Origin: an uncultured virus (IMG/VR IMGVR_UViG_3300025782_000004)
Lineage: Duplodnaviria; Heunggongvirae; Uroviricota; Caudoviricetes
Virus record (IMG/VR): IMGVR_UViG_3300025782_000004
DNA length: 64,000 nucleotides
Reading direction: 5' to 3' (one strand)
The position numbers were made by a program, and so were the translations under genes. Below, one piece after another: positions 9,274 through 18,198 of this stretch (its first letter is position 1; each line of letters opens with the position of its first letter). The notes beneath the pieces are model-generated. The model searched no databases. It was given only the letters and a program-made list of their open reading frames with translations, and was not told the DNA's origin.

Positions 9274-9489
9274 TTATTTAAAACTGCCGCCATCCATGTT
9301 AATAACAACTACATCGTCTACAGTAGAATTTTTACTTAATTGGCTGATTGTGGCCATCAAATCGTAAATTTCGGCATGCAAACTGCGTGCTTCTTCAGCA
9401 TTTAAGGTCAATAATTTACCGTTGCTTTGATTCATTGCACGTACCTTACTGTTGAAATTTTTGATCTGTAAGGGCAAATTATTGTCCAT
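9274..9489 (-). CDS. Hypothetical protein
   Basis: Coupled ORF. Confidence 0.7.
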   Translation of the reverse strand: MDNNLPLQIKNFNSKVRAMNQSNGKLLTLNAEEARSLHAEIYDLMATISQLSKNSTVDDVVVINMDGGSFK

Positions 9490-9955
9490 TGGCTTCTTTC
9501 ATAGCTTCTATCATACGTTCTTGACTCTTGAACGGACCTTCATACTCATAACGATTCAGTGTAATAAGTTTTGGGCAATATGCACGAACCCAAGTTGAAC
9601 TGAATTTGATAATATAGTAGCCAGCACAGAAAAAACTCTTTGACTTAGCACCCTTGGTATAGATTGGCAAGTAGCGTTGAACGTCGAGGATTTCGTTGTG
9701 TGGTTGTGCGTTGGTCGGGAATCCATAGACATCATAAACATCTTGTTTGACCCGCTTTGGTCGTTCTGCTTTGACAAACTCAATATTATATTTCTTACTT
9801 AATAATTTAATTGATGCAAACTGTTCACGTTGATCATCATGTAAGTAAACTACACCACCTTCGTCGACCATCATGATGTTGCCAACCTTGGTACCTTCGG
9901 ATTCTACAATCCACATTTTATTTTTTACTACGGGTTTTGCAATTAGTTCGGTCAT
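9479..9955 (-). CDS. Hypothetical phage protein
   Basis: 158-aa ORF with ATGA overlap. Confidence 0.75.
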   Translation of the reverse strand: MTELIAKPVVKNKMWIVESEGTKVGNIMMVDEGGVVYLHDDQREQFASIKLLSKKYNIEFVKAERPKRVKQDVYDVYGFPTNAQPHNEILDVQRYLPIYTKGAKSKSFFCAGYYIIKFSSTWVRAYCPKLITLNRYEYEGPFKSQERMIEAMKEANGQ

Positions 9956-10155
9956 TGTGACTCCTTCAATTTTTTCCTACACTCTTCTTTCATAGCTGGA
10001 GTAAAGTCTGGACTTATCTCGGCTATACGACAATCATATCTTGGTGCCGCCTCTGGTAACATTGAGTTAATTCCATATAACAAAGCAAATAAGGAACCGC
10101 CCAGAAAGGCAAGTGCGGGCCACATCAATAGGTGTTCTTTTAATCTAGTAGCCAT
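9952..10155 (-). CDS. Small membrane protein
   Basis: One hydrophobic helix followed by CRIAEISPDF. Confidence 0.65.
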   Translation of the reverse strand: MATRLKEHLLMWPALAFLGGSLFALLYGINSMLPEAAPRYDCRIAEISPDFTPAMKEECRKKLKESQ

Positions 10156-10326
10156 TTAATTATTTTTATAGAAAATATAATTTAGCCATGCAAGGCCAAT
10201 GTCCCAGGCCATACCGGACCAGTTACCTCGACTAAAATCATCTAATGCACACATAGCTAACCAGCCAATCACAAACCAAGTGATTTGCGTATAGTTACTG
10301 CGATACCATCTAACAATACTATTCAT
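10156..10326 (-). CDS. Small membrane protein (not in ORF track)
   Basis: Manual translation MNSIVRWYRSNYTQITWFVIGWLAMCA...; AGGAG SD. Confidence 0.55.
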   Translation of the reverse strand: MNSIVRWYRSNYTQITWFVIGWLAMCALDDFSRGNWSGMAWDIGLAWLNYIFYKNN

Positions 10327-10335
10327 AACTTCTCC

Positions 10336-10518
10336 TTATTTTGCCGCAGGACGCCGGCGTTCATAGTCGGTGCGTTGTAGTTCTGTCCAGACACGATTCT
10401 TACGTTCATGATACAAATCTATAAGACCTGCTATGAACATAGTAATAAAAAATCCAAAAAATAACAACAATGCTAAAGCAAGTCCCGCAACTGGCACCCA
10501 AAAAACATCATTTATCAT
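10336..10518 (-). CDS. Small membrane protein
   Basis: Long hydrophobic segment. Confidence 0.55.
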   Translation of the reverse strand: MINDVFWVPVAGLALALLLFFGFFITMFIAGLIDLYHERKNRVWTELQRTDYERRRPAAK

Positions 10519-11503
10519 CAGGATAACTAGCTTCTAAAAATCTAACATAACTGTCGGACTGCTCCGACATCTTGATCAAATCGTACTTGCCACAGAACTT
10601 TAAGAACTGTGCGCCTACCATTGGGCGATTAAGCGGTACTGCACCCTCGGCAATAGTTTCTGCTATCTTAACTTTAATATCATCTGGTTGTGCAGTTAAA
10701 TCAACCAGTGTTACGTTGCGATTATAGTCATCTAAAACTCTGTGCTCATCTCCGTTATGATCGGTCCAGCGTTGTAGCATTAGGTTATTCCAAGCAAAGC
10801 CTTTCGCTGTTTTGTCGTTAAATGCCTCAAGGAGTCCCACTTTATTTTTACTTCCCACTTTACGCACCCCTGGGAATGCCGAGAAAACGTTATCTGTGGG
10901 GTCGCCCCGCATACATTTTTCGAAAAGAATCCACTTAGGATCCGGAATGACTTTTGGTTCCTTAGTCTTTTTATCGATGACTGCTTTACCTTTTTTGTCG
11001 AAAATACCTTGTATAGTATGGAGCTCATCTGAAATTCCGTTATATTGATTTACGTTTTCTGCCAGTAGTTGATAAAAGTCTGTATCGCTTGATACAATAG
11101 TATGATGATCTTGGGGATGGCTTTGAATCCAACCTGCGATTAGATCATCAGCTTCTAAGTTAGGATGTTGCAATACTGTACAGTTTGTTCGATTAGCAAG
11201 AAACTCTTTAAGATTATCAAAGGTTTCCCAAAACAGTCGATCTTCTTCAGCTTCTGCTTCGGTTAGAGCAGCACGGGCAACTGCACGATTCTTTTTATAG
11301 GGTTCGTAAAAGTCTTTGCGCCAGCTACGTCCTTCTAAACAGAAAATAACGTGATCAGCTTTTTGATCTCTAAAACTCTTACTAACACTATTTAGTGTCA
11401 CATGAATAGCAAATCCTAGCTTATCCCAGGTATCTGCCTGACGGTGGGCGGCGTGGCGAGCACGGAAGAATGTATTAGCGGTGTCAACAAGTAGATATCT
11501 CAT
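10508..11503 (-). CDS. rnh: 5'-3' exonuclease / T4-type RNase H
   Basis: LLVDTAN, YKKNR, EADD, SSDTDF and GDPTDN motifs; start MRYLLVD. Confidence 0.85.
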   Translation of the reverse strand: MRYLLVDTANTFFRARHAAHRQADTWDKLGFAIHVTLNSVSKSFRDQKADHVIFCLEGRSWRKDFYEPYKKNRAVARAALTEAEAEEDRLFWETFDNLKEFLANRTNCTVLQHPNLEADDLIAGWIQSHPQDHHTIVSSDTDFYQLLAENVNQYNGISDELHTIQGIFDKKGKAVIDKKTKEPKVIPDPKWILFEKCMRGDPTDNVFSAFPGVRKVGSKNKVGLLEAFNDKTAKGFAWNNLMLQRWTDHNGDEHRVLDDYNRNVTLVDLTAQPDDIKVKIAETIAEGAVPLNRPMVGAQFLKFCGKYDLIKMSEQSDSYVRFLEASYPDDK

Positions 11504-11509
11504 AACATT

Positions 11510-11538
11510 ATAGTAGCATATAATGATTATTGTGTCAA
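11510..11538 (-). promoter_or_regulatory. sigma70-type promoter, likely leaderless transcript
   Basis: TTGACA-N17-TACTAT, 6 nt before the ATG. Confidence 0.65.
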
Positions 11539-12273
11539 GTTCTTTTGTATAAGAGTTTGATAAAGGAATTCGGCCCAAGCACAATGGGCGTCTGCACCAA
11601 AATGATAGCTGTTTGGATTAACTGTTTTGAATCCTTTTGCTAGTAACCATTCATAGTAGGTGCCACTTCGATTGTAAGGATCGATATAACTGCCCTCCCA
11701 ATCGTACTCTTGTGCTCCTAGATAGCCTAAGTTTTTAATGTGACTAAAGTCGCGGTAGGTATTAAAGAATAGATGTGGTATTTTTCTACTGTTTAAATCT
11801 TCGTGTAGTTTCCAAATACGGTCGTGTACTTCAACTATCTTATTGTTTATTACTGAATGGTCACTTTGTTCAATAACCCATTTTTTATAACGTTCTTTGA
11901 GTGAATTGGGCACAGTATCAGTTCCACTGGCAGTAACTTGATAGTAAGTACCTTCATAGGACCATTCTTCTCTTTCCCAGGTTGACCAACCAATTACTAT
12001 ATAGTCGGGTCTGTTCACGGGCATATTCTGTACACCCTGCAGATGATTCCATGTGGTCCTAAAAATACGATCGTTACTAGCAGCCGACTCTGCGTCACAT
12101 TCTAAAATGGCACCCATAAGGTTAGCTAGTTCGCAACCGTAACTAGCACGTAGATTATCGGGGTGTGGTTGTCGTCCTAATGCCCAGTACAAGGGATCAT
12201 CTTGGGCAAATGCATATTTGTTGACTGCCTCTGCTCCGGCAGAATGGCTATCGCCGTTTACATATAAGATCAA
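11527..12273 (-). CDS. SGNH-hydrolase-like protein (paralog 2)
   Basis: LYVNGDSHS, SNDRI, IGWST and YHFGADAH motifs. Confidence 0.65.
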   Translation of the reverse strand: MILYVNGDSHSAGAEAVNKYAFAQDDPLYWALGRQPHPDNLRASYGCELANLMGAILECDAESAASNDRIFRTTWNHLQGVQNMPVNRPDYIVIGWSTWEREEWSYEGTYYQVTASGTDTVPNSLKERYKKWVIEQSDHSVINNKIVEVHDRIWKLHEDLNSRKIPHLFFNTYRDFSHIKNLGYLGAQEYDWEGSYIDPYNRSGTYYEWLLAKGFKTVNPNSYHFGADAHCAWAEFLYQTLIQKNLTQ

Positions 12274-12758
12274 GAAACTTCAGTCTTTCCGTTGCCTAGA
12301 TCTGTACGGTTGATAACTCTGGGACGTTCATTATAGGGCTGATTAGCTTCCCATTGCTCAAAGTTTTCTTGAGCAATATTTCGACAGATTTCTTGAAACC
12401 AACGATCGACAATATCGGAATCTGGTTCGTTGGGTTTGGTCTGATACCCGGCACGTACTAGATTAGCAACAAACTTGTCGTTCCAATCTAATTCAAATGC
12501 ACCATTGCCGATATTTTCTGGATCCAGTTCCACACTAAGAATAGCCACATAAGGCTCGCCCTTGGCAGTAGCAATGTCCTTAGGACTTTTACTACGAACT
12601 TTTAAAGTTTCTTTGGGCTTGGGTGCGGCCACGGTAGGTTTTGCTTTAGTTGACGTAACCTTTTTTGCAGGCGCTTTTTTTGCTGTGGTCGCAGAGCTTG
12701 CGGGGTTCTTTTTAGCAACCGTTTTCTTAGGTGTTGGGGTTTTCTTTTTTGTTGCCAT
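12270..12758 (-). CDS. Hypothetical phage protein with K/A/T-rich N-terminus
   Basis: Histone-H1-like basic low-complexity N-terminus and a globular C-terminus. Confidence 0.7.
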   Translation of the reverse strand: MATKKKTPTPKKTVAKKNPASSATTAKKAPAKKVTSTKAKPTVAAPKPKETLKVRSKSPKDIATAKGEPYVAILSVELDPENIGNGAFELDWNDKFVANLVRAGYQTKPNEPDSDIVDRWFQEICRNIAQENFEQWEANQPYNERPRVINRTDLGNGKTEVS

Positions 12759-12759
12759 A

Positions 12760-12999
12760 CTAATTTCCTTTTAATTTCCATATAATATGTTCTGTAGTTT
12801 CGTGATATCTGAACTCAACCACAGGTTCGCCTGGGCCTGTCCACATTGCTGTGCCTTCGTAGACAAACTGTAAAAATAACCAACGACCGGTTAAGGAACT
12901 ACGTTTTGGTAACCATAAAAACTTTAATCGCCAATGGGCACGATTATAGAAAGCATCGTAAGTTTCATCCATGCCTGTATATAAGCCTTGTGGAAACAT
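12760..12999 (-). CDS. Hypothetical protein
   Basis: ORF between queE and the 12758 gene; start uncertain. Confidence 0.55.
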   Translation of the reverse strand: MFPQGLYTGMDETYDAFYNRAHWRLKFLWLPKRSSLTGRWLFLQFVYEGTAMWTGPGEPVVEFRYHETTEHIIWKLKGN

Positions 13000-13859
13000 T
13001 ACTTGCCCCAGCCATTGCCCCATAGGTCCACATGCAATCTGGGACTATAATTAAATCCACGTTCGCAACAGATATTGGCAATGTTTAGTTTATTTGATTC
13101 GTATGGATCAACAACACCACCCTGCGGCATTAAGTATACGGTACCTTTAAATCCACCTGCACGGAAAGCATCCACAGCACGTGTAGCTTCATTAACATGA
13201 TCTTCAGTTTCAACAACAAACTTAAGATATACATGTCCATATGTTTGATAGATATTAACAATTAGTGGCTTAATAGCATCATCCCACGATTCGCCTGATG
13301 CTGATAGTTTAGCACTGACTGAGAATGTAACTTCACGACCTGAACCAGCATCGGCCCAGTCAATCAAGTAATCGCGGAAGTCTTCATGTAATTCTTGAGT
13401 ACCATTTGTTTCAAACGTAATGTTCTTTAAGTCTGCCATACGTGGATGACTTAACAAATCAGCATAAGCACGTTGCCAGCCTAAAAGTGGCTCACCGCCA
13501 GTAATAACTAAATGTACATCATTGCCATTGTTCTGTACCCAACTACCGTTGGGAGTTAGGGCTAACATCTTGTCTACAAGTTCATCTGTAGTGTATGTTG
13601 GAGACAAATGTTTGAACGCAGGATGCCATGACGCATATGAATCACAGCCTGTTTCTACTAAAGGAAGATCTAAAAAATCTTTATACAGTTCTACCTTTTT
13701 AGCAACTTCATCTGCACCTGTAGACTTTTCACCAGGCTTACACCCAAACCCTGAACAGGTAAAGTTACATCCATAAGTTCTTAAGAATACACTAGGTACT
13801 CCCACAAAGCGACCTTCGCCTTGTAGACTGTAAAATATTTCACTGACTTTAATCTTCAT
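12999..13859 (-). CDS. queE: 7-carboxy-7-deazaguanine synthase (radical SAM)
   Basis: EIFYSLQGEG, FLRTYGCNFTC...CDS, ITGGEPL, ETNGT and PRLHV motifs. Confidence 0.92.
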   Translation of the reverse strand: MKIKVSEIFYSLQGEGRFVGVPSVFLRTYGCNFTCSGFGCKPGEKSTGADEVAKKVELYKDFLDLPLVETGCDSYASWHPAFKHLSPTYTTDELVDKMLALTPNGSWVQNNGNDVHLVITGGEPLLGWQRAYADLLSHPRMADLKNITFETNGTQELHEDFRDYLIDWADAGSGREVTFSVSAKLSASGESWDDAIKPLIVNIYQTYGHVYLKFVVETEDHVNEATRAVDAFRAGGFKGTVYLMPQGGVVDPYESNKLNIANICCERGFNYSPRLHVDLWGNGWGK

Positions 13860-14127
13860 ATATTTTTGACCATTCAACTAATTTTTGACTCTTACGCAAC
13901 TGCGCCGCACGCAATTCTGCATCTGTATATACCTGATGTGCTTTGAGCAATTCTATTAATAGTGTAACATCTCCTAGCTCTTGAGTCAAGTGTTCTCTTT
14001 GGGTACCACCGTCTTTGTACCGATTTTCCATACCAAAGCGGCGGCATTTACTAATAGCCTGTATAACCTCAGCACACTCCTCTTGGAGTATGTCTAAGAT
14101 TTCATTAACCTTCGAAGAGGTCTTCAT
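13849..14127 (-). CDS. MazG-like nucleoside triphosphate pyrophosphohydrolase
   Basis: EECAEVIQAISK...ELGDV motif; start uncertain. Confidence 0.75.
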   Translation of the reverse strand: MKTSSKVNEILDILQEECAEVIQAISKCRRFGMENRYKDGGTQREHLTQELGDVTLLIELLKAHQVYTDAELRAAQLRKSQKLVEWSKIYED

Positions 14128-14611
14128 TCCACTCACGATGTCCTTCACGGAACGCCATATTGCTTTGTGTTTCACGTACTTCTACACGATAACACCAAAG
14201 TCGATCAGCTTCTGCTTGACCCCACATGTCGGGAATATAAACTCCGTTTACAAACTTGTATAGTTGATCGGCTAGACCTTCACAACCTAGTTTAGGTAGG
14301 ACGGTTAGTTTAGCTAGATTCTTTTCTTGCAATAATTTGTATGTTTCAAGCTCAGGATCATCCTCGGCTACTAATAATGTATGATCAAATTGACTTTCAA
14401 GAATGCCTTTGAGTTCTTTAAGACCGCCGTAGTCGGCAGCCCAATTACGCACATCTAGGTCATCTGTACCAAAGTAAAATTTCATACTAAACGAATAGCC
14501 GTGAATTAAGTTACAGTGACTATCAGCTCGCCATTGGCGATATGCACAGGGAAATGCATCGTGATACTCTTTAGTACTTGTGTACTTGTACTGCCTAGAT
14601 TGGTTTGCCAT
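14105..14611 (-). CDS. queD: 6-carboxytetrahydropterin synthase
   Basis: CNLIHGY, DYGGLK, FDHTLL and EVRET motifs. Confidence 0.88.
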   Translation of the reverse strand: MANQSRQYKYTSTKEYHDAFPCAYRQWRADSHCNLIHGYSFSMKFYFGTDDLDVRNWAADYGGLKELKGILESQFDHTLLVAEDDPELETYKLLQEKNLAKLTVLPKLGCEGLADQLYKFVNGVYIPDMWGQAEADRLWCYRVEVRETQSNMAFREGHREWNEDLFEG

Positions 14612-14685
14612 TATAAATCTCCTATGTTAATTATAGCATAGGCGGCAGAATTTGTAAAGCGGGATGACGCCGAAAGGCCGCTGAT
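14612..14685 (-). promoter_or_regulatory. Structured queD leader (candidate riboswitch)
   Basis: H-type pseudoknot AGCGG/CCGCU plus CGGCG/UGCCG, followed by a CCUAUG/CAUAGG hairpin covering the SD; TAAATA at 14700-14705. Confidence 0.55.
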
Positions 14686-14698
14686 TTTGGGAATATAA

Positions 14699-14878
14699 CT
14701 ATTTATCTTGCGCAACTGGTGGTGAAACATTTGTGTCCACTTTAGTTGTATCAATTCCCATCTTTTTAGATAAGTATGGATCGATGTAAGGTTTATTAAC
14801 AGTTTCATCTGCAACATTCCACCCCACGGCACTGACAAATCCTACTAATAACCAAGTTCCAATAAGTTCGAGTATCAA
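14699..14878 (-). CDS. Small membrane protein (not in ORF track)
   Basis: TTG start abutting the upstream stop; MILELIGTWLLVGFVSAVGWNVAD... Confidence 0.5.
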   Translation of the reverse strand: MILELIGTWLLVGFVSAVGWNVADETVNKPYIDPYLSKKMGIDTTKVDTNVSPPVAQDK

Positions 14879-15436
14879 TTAACGCCACCACTCTTCCCAG
14901 GGGAACACAGCCCACTGTGGTTCTTCATTTTTGTTAATACTTAGACCCATGTAATCCACATCTTTGAATTCACTAGCTTCATTATTGATTAGTACAGCAA
15001 AGCGTACATTATTACCAAATACATTTGCCCAACGTGAATTATCTGGCAGACAACTTGATTGCCAATCTTTTCGAATCCAGTTAAGGGTAGCACCCGTGTC
15101 GTTGATGTCATCTACTATGAGAATATTTTTAGCATGTAGGCTAAAATCAAACGCACCATCTCCGCCTAAGGCTTTATAACTTCCATCAATCCAGCCAAAT
15201 GCATCTTCGGCCATCCACAAGTTAGATTCTGGCCCAGCAAGGTCGTCGCGGAAACTTACTTTAAGTGTTTCCATTGGTACATCTAAGTATTGACTCAGCA
15301 TGTTAGCAGGAACTAGACCGCCACGTGTAAGACCTACAACGTAATCGGGCTTCCAACCATCGGCATTCATTGCACGAATAATTTCGTGTATCCAACCTTT
15401 AACAGTTGATTCTTTATAAAATACTTTTCTAGACAT
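14879..15436 (-). CDS. Type I phosphoribosyltransferase (Gpt/Hpt-like)
   Basis: VGLTRGGLVPA, ILIVDDINDTGAT and VFPWE motifs. Confidence 0.88.
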   Translation of the reverse strand: MSRKVFYKESTVKGWIHEIIRAMNADGWKPDYVVGLTRGGLVPANMLSQYLDVPMETLKVSFRDDLAGPESNLWMAEDAFGWIDGSYKALGGDGAFDFSLHAKNILIVDDINDTGATLNWIRKDWQSSCLPDNSRWANVFGNNVRFAVLINNEASEFKDVDYMGLSINKNEEPQWAVFPWEEWWR

Positions 15437-15752
15437 ATTGTTCTGCTTCTTTTAAATTATGTGATTGTACGTGATCTATAAACTTTAATAAAAACATGCT
15501 TGCTGTACTTGCATCGGCACCATCAAAACGGATTAGTGTTAGATTAGTCCCATCTTTAGTTACATAACTAGGCTTTGCTTTACCGTATTGTACTTGTTTT
15601 ATAGTATGTTCGCGACCTCGCCAGTCATATTCTTTAAGCATTGTGGCTTTTCCGCCAATCATGTTAAACCACTCGCCCATTTCATCGGAGAGTTCTTTTA
15701 CATAAAACCGAATTTCATAAGCTACCCGACATCCTGGTGGTAATTGAATCAT
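15429..15752 (-). CDS. Hypothetical phage protein
   Basis: Coupled ORF. Confidence 0.7.
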   Translation of the reverse strand: MIQLPPGCRVAYEIRFYVKELSDEMGEWFNMIGGKATMLKEYDWRGREHTIKQVQYGKAKPSYVTKDGTNLTLIRFDGADASTASMFLLKFIDHVQSHNLKEAEQYV

Positions 15753-16102
15753 TGTTCTTCTGTTAAAGTTAATACCATTTTAAGTTGTTCTTGTGCTAGT
15801 TCATACTTGGCCAGTGCATCTGCTACAGTAGCATTTTTAGCCGCAAGTTCTTTGATCTTTGATTCTTCAGACATTTTCTTTTGGCACCAATCTAGGGCAC
15901 TAATAGCTGCACCGCTTAGGCTAACTTCAGCACTGGTACCAAACTGAATCCAAGTGCTTCCATTAAACACTTCCATATTATTACCATTCATACGAATCAT
16001 GCCAGTGGCTGGATTATTATGGTCAGGGTAAATGTACGGACTGTTATTAAATCCTGAGACATTTAAATATCCTGAAGTATTGGAATAGATGCTGTTAATC
16101 AT
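15749..16102 (-). CDS. Hypothetical phage protein
   Basis: Coupled ORF with a C-terminal coiled coil. Confidence 0.7.
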   Translation of the reverse strand: MINSIYSNTSGYLNVSGFNNSPYIYPDHNNPATGMIRMNGNNMEVFNGSTWIQFGTSAEVSLSGAAISALDWCQKKMSEESKIKELAAKNATVADALAKYELAQEQLKMVLTLTEEQ

Positions 16103-16326
16103 TTTTCAATATCCCGCAAACGAATACTTAAATCGCGAACATCGGTAATAAGTTGATTTTCGATCTTACTTACAAGTTTTTTTAGTCGAGCGAGTCTGAC
16201 GTGAGCATACACGATCGCAACAACTACGGCAGTAAAGGTCAATCCCCACCCAGCAATAATACCAACAATCCAAGACCAAAGGCCATTTACTTCACCAACT
16301 AAAGTTTGTATAGTTTGTGCTATCAT
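16099..16326 (-). CDS. Small membrane protein
   Basis: Hydrophobic helix followed by a coiled coil. Confidence 0.6.
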   Translation of the reverse strand: MIAQTIQTLVGEVNGLWSWIVGIIAGWGLTFTAVVVAIVYAHVRLARLKKLVSKIENQLITDVRDLSIRLRDIEK

Positions 16327-16652
16327 GATCGTAATTTGCTCATAGTAATAATTTTGCCTAGTTCTCTATCAAAGTCGCTACCATCTGGGATAATGTATAA
16401 CTCGCCGTTGTTATAATCATTTGTTTGCATCTGTATAATAGTGCCACCATTGGCTGGGGTAATTTTAATAGTCATTGTTTGACTAGACTGCGGTGCTTGT
16501 GCAACCCCATATCCAGCTGGATTAATATTAATAGTTCCTGGTGTGCCACCTAAGGTGTATGACATTGGTTTTTTATCTTTCTCTATTATAATTCTACCTG
16601 CCGCTAACCAGTTTAGTATACTGATGCGGAAATTCTTGAACCATAGCGTCAT
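16323..16652 (-). CDS. Hypothetical protein, paralog of 16649-16921
   Basis: Shared PAxGGT..Q...IPDG.D....G.I..M..LRS. Confidence 0.7.
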   Translation of the reverse strand: MTLWFKNFRISILNWLAAGRIIIEKDKKPMSYTLGGTPGTININPAGYGVAQAPQSSQTMTIKITPANGGTIIQMQTNDYNNGELYIIPDGSDFDRELGKIITMSKLRS

Positions 16653-16921
16653 GAACGCAATAATTCCATGCTAACAATCTGACCAATACGTTCGCTAATA
16701 TCTTCGCCGTCGGGGATAACGTGTGTGATATGATTGTTGCGATCAGTCTTGCGATCGTAGCAACGAATCTGTACTACAGTTCCACCCTGTGCTGGCATAA
16801 CATTAAATGACAAGCCTTCTACATCAACAGATCTAGAACCTACTACTACATCTTGCACAGGTTGACAGCTATTCCAATCGTCACGAACCCATTTAACTAC
16901 AATTTTCTTTAGCCATTTCAT
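16649..16921 (-). CDS. Hypothetical protein, paralog of 16323-16652
   Basis: Same shared motif as its paralog. Confidence 0.7.
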   Translation of the reverse strand: MKWLKKIVVKWVRDDWNSCQPVQDVVVGSRSVDVEGLSFNVMPAQGGTVVQIRCYDRKTDRNNHITHVIPDGEDISERIGQIVSMELLRS

Positions 16922-17019
16922 CTTGGAGCAAAGTCCTGTTGTAATTTGATATTGTCCATAAACTCTTTTTTGGTTCCTGGATCTGTGTTGAATGCACCTT
17001 TTAATACTGTGGTTTTCAT
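16918..17019 (-). pseudogene. Displaced copy of the folE 3' end (33-aa mini-ORF)
   Basis: MKTTVLKGAFNTDPGTKKEFMDNIKLQQDFAPR; 19/25 aa identical to the FolE C-terminus. Confidence 0.8.
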
Positions 17020-17020
17020 A

Positions 17021-17143
17021 TCAACTCCCAAAAATGTATTTCACACAGGCCGCGATGATAGCAAATCTCATCAAGCCCAAAGTCCAGGTATTAGTCCAGA
17101 ACTTTACTCGTTCCGCAAATTCATACTGTTCAAGAATGTTCAT
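17021..17143 (-). CDS. Small hydrophobic protein, 40 aa (insertion cargo)
   Basis: Manual translation MNILEQYEFAERVKFWTNTWTLGLMRFAIIAACVKYIFGS; GAGG SD. Confidence 0.5.
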   Translation of the reverse strand: MNILEQYEFAERVKFWTNTWTLGLMRFAIIAACVKYIFGS

Positions 17144-17158
17144 TTTTCTTTGCCTCTC

Positions 17159-17338
17159 TTATTTAATATCCCAAATACCTTTTATGTGTTTAATAACTGT
17201 TTGACAGGATTTGACTAATTCTTTATTTGTTGGTGTGCATTGTTGTTCAAATTCAATAATGCCTTCCATTCGTTGAATAGCAAATTCATCCATAAAGTGT
17301 GTAAGGCTTGTATGTTTGTCGTAATGAATTGTTTTCAT
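17159..17338 (-). CDS. Small protein, 59 aa (insertion cargo)
   Basis: Manual translation MKTIHYDKHTSLTHFMDEFAIQRMEG...; ATGA overlap. Confidence 0.5.
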   Translation of the reverse strand: MKTIHYDKHTSLTHFMDEFAIQRMEGIIEFEQQCTPTNKELVKSCQTVIKHIKGIWDIK

Positions 17339-17433
17339 TTCTCTTGTGCCTTTCTTATAATTGGTCTAAGCATAAACACCCATACAGCGTGACTAACCCA
17401 CCCAACAATGATACCCCAAACGAATGCGTTCAT
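17335..17433 (-). CDS. Small membrane peptide, 32 aa (insertion cargo)
   Basis: MNAFVWGIIVGWVSHAVWVFMLRPIIRKAQEK; GGAG SD. Confidence 0.5.
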   Translation of the reverse strand: MNAFVWGIIVGWVSHAVWVFMLRPIIRKAQEK

Positions 17434-17529
17434 TCTTCAACTCCGAAATGTTTAATACCACTGTTTTTACAGCAACCAATTTTAACTTTAATCATAAATA
17501 AATTATACAGCAATCCTATAGGAAAGTCA

Positions 17530-18198
17530 ATGTTTTTAGATAACAAATATACTAAAGTTTATTACCAAATTATTAATCGAGCATTAACACGACCATACAA
17601 AAAAGTAAAGAATGATGGATATCAAAAACATCATATTGTTCCAAAATGTATTGGAGGCACTGATTCTACTGATAATCTTGTAATACTCAGTTATAAAGAA
17701 CATAGAGTATGCCATTGTTTACTGATCAAAATGCAACTTACAAAATCAGCAGAAATCAAAATGCGACACGCCTACGGATTTTTTAATAAGAGTAGCAGAT
17801 ATAATGGGCCACGATATAAACGAGGGAAAGACAATATATTTTCTACTAAGGAAATCGTCGATCAAGTTCGTAAGCGTATGAAAGAAAACAATCCAATGAA
17901 GGATCCACTCTCTCAACAAAAAAGAGTCGATACCTGGAGAGCAAATAGAGCCGCACGAGATTACATTCCGCCGCGAGTCCTTAAGGACAAATTCATTACG
18001 CCAAGCGGCATTTTCAAAACCAAAAAAGAAATACAAAAAGTTGTAGGTATTCCAGAATGGACACTAAACACTATCTACAACGATTTAGATGCTTACCCTG
18101 TTACAAACGGCAGGGCAAGCAAAAAAATCAATCACTTAAATATCGATCCAACAAAAACTTGGAGAGACAATGGGTTTGGATTACTTGCCGTTTCTTGA
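17530..18198 (+). CDS. HNH homing endonuclease
   Basis: HHIVPKCIGG..DNLV.L...EHRVCH; start MFLDNKY with AGGA SD and TAAATA upstream. Confidence 0.85.
   Translation: MFLDNKYTKVYYQIINRALTRPYKKVKNDGYQKHHIVPKCIGGTDSTDNLVILSYKEHRVCHCLLIKMQLTKSAEIKMRHAYGFFNKSSRYNGPRYKRGKDNIFSTKEIVDQVRKRMKENNPMKDPLSQQKRVDTWRANRAARDYIPPRVLKDKFITPSGIFKTKKEIQKVVGIPEWTLNTIYNDLDAYPVTNGRASKKINHLNIDPTKTWRDNGFGLLAVS

Noticed and set aside
14611..14838. 75-aa ORF in the track upstream of queD
   Set aside because: A better-coupled membrane ORF (14699-14878) occupies another frame, and 14612-14698 looks like a structured leader.
17308..17529. N-terminal extension of the HNH ORF
   Set aside because: It overlaps small minus-strand ORFs; the SD and TAAATA point to the ATG at 17530.
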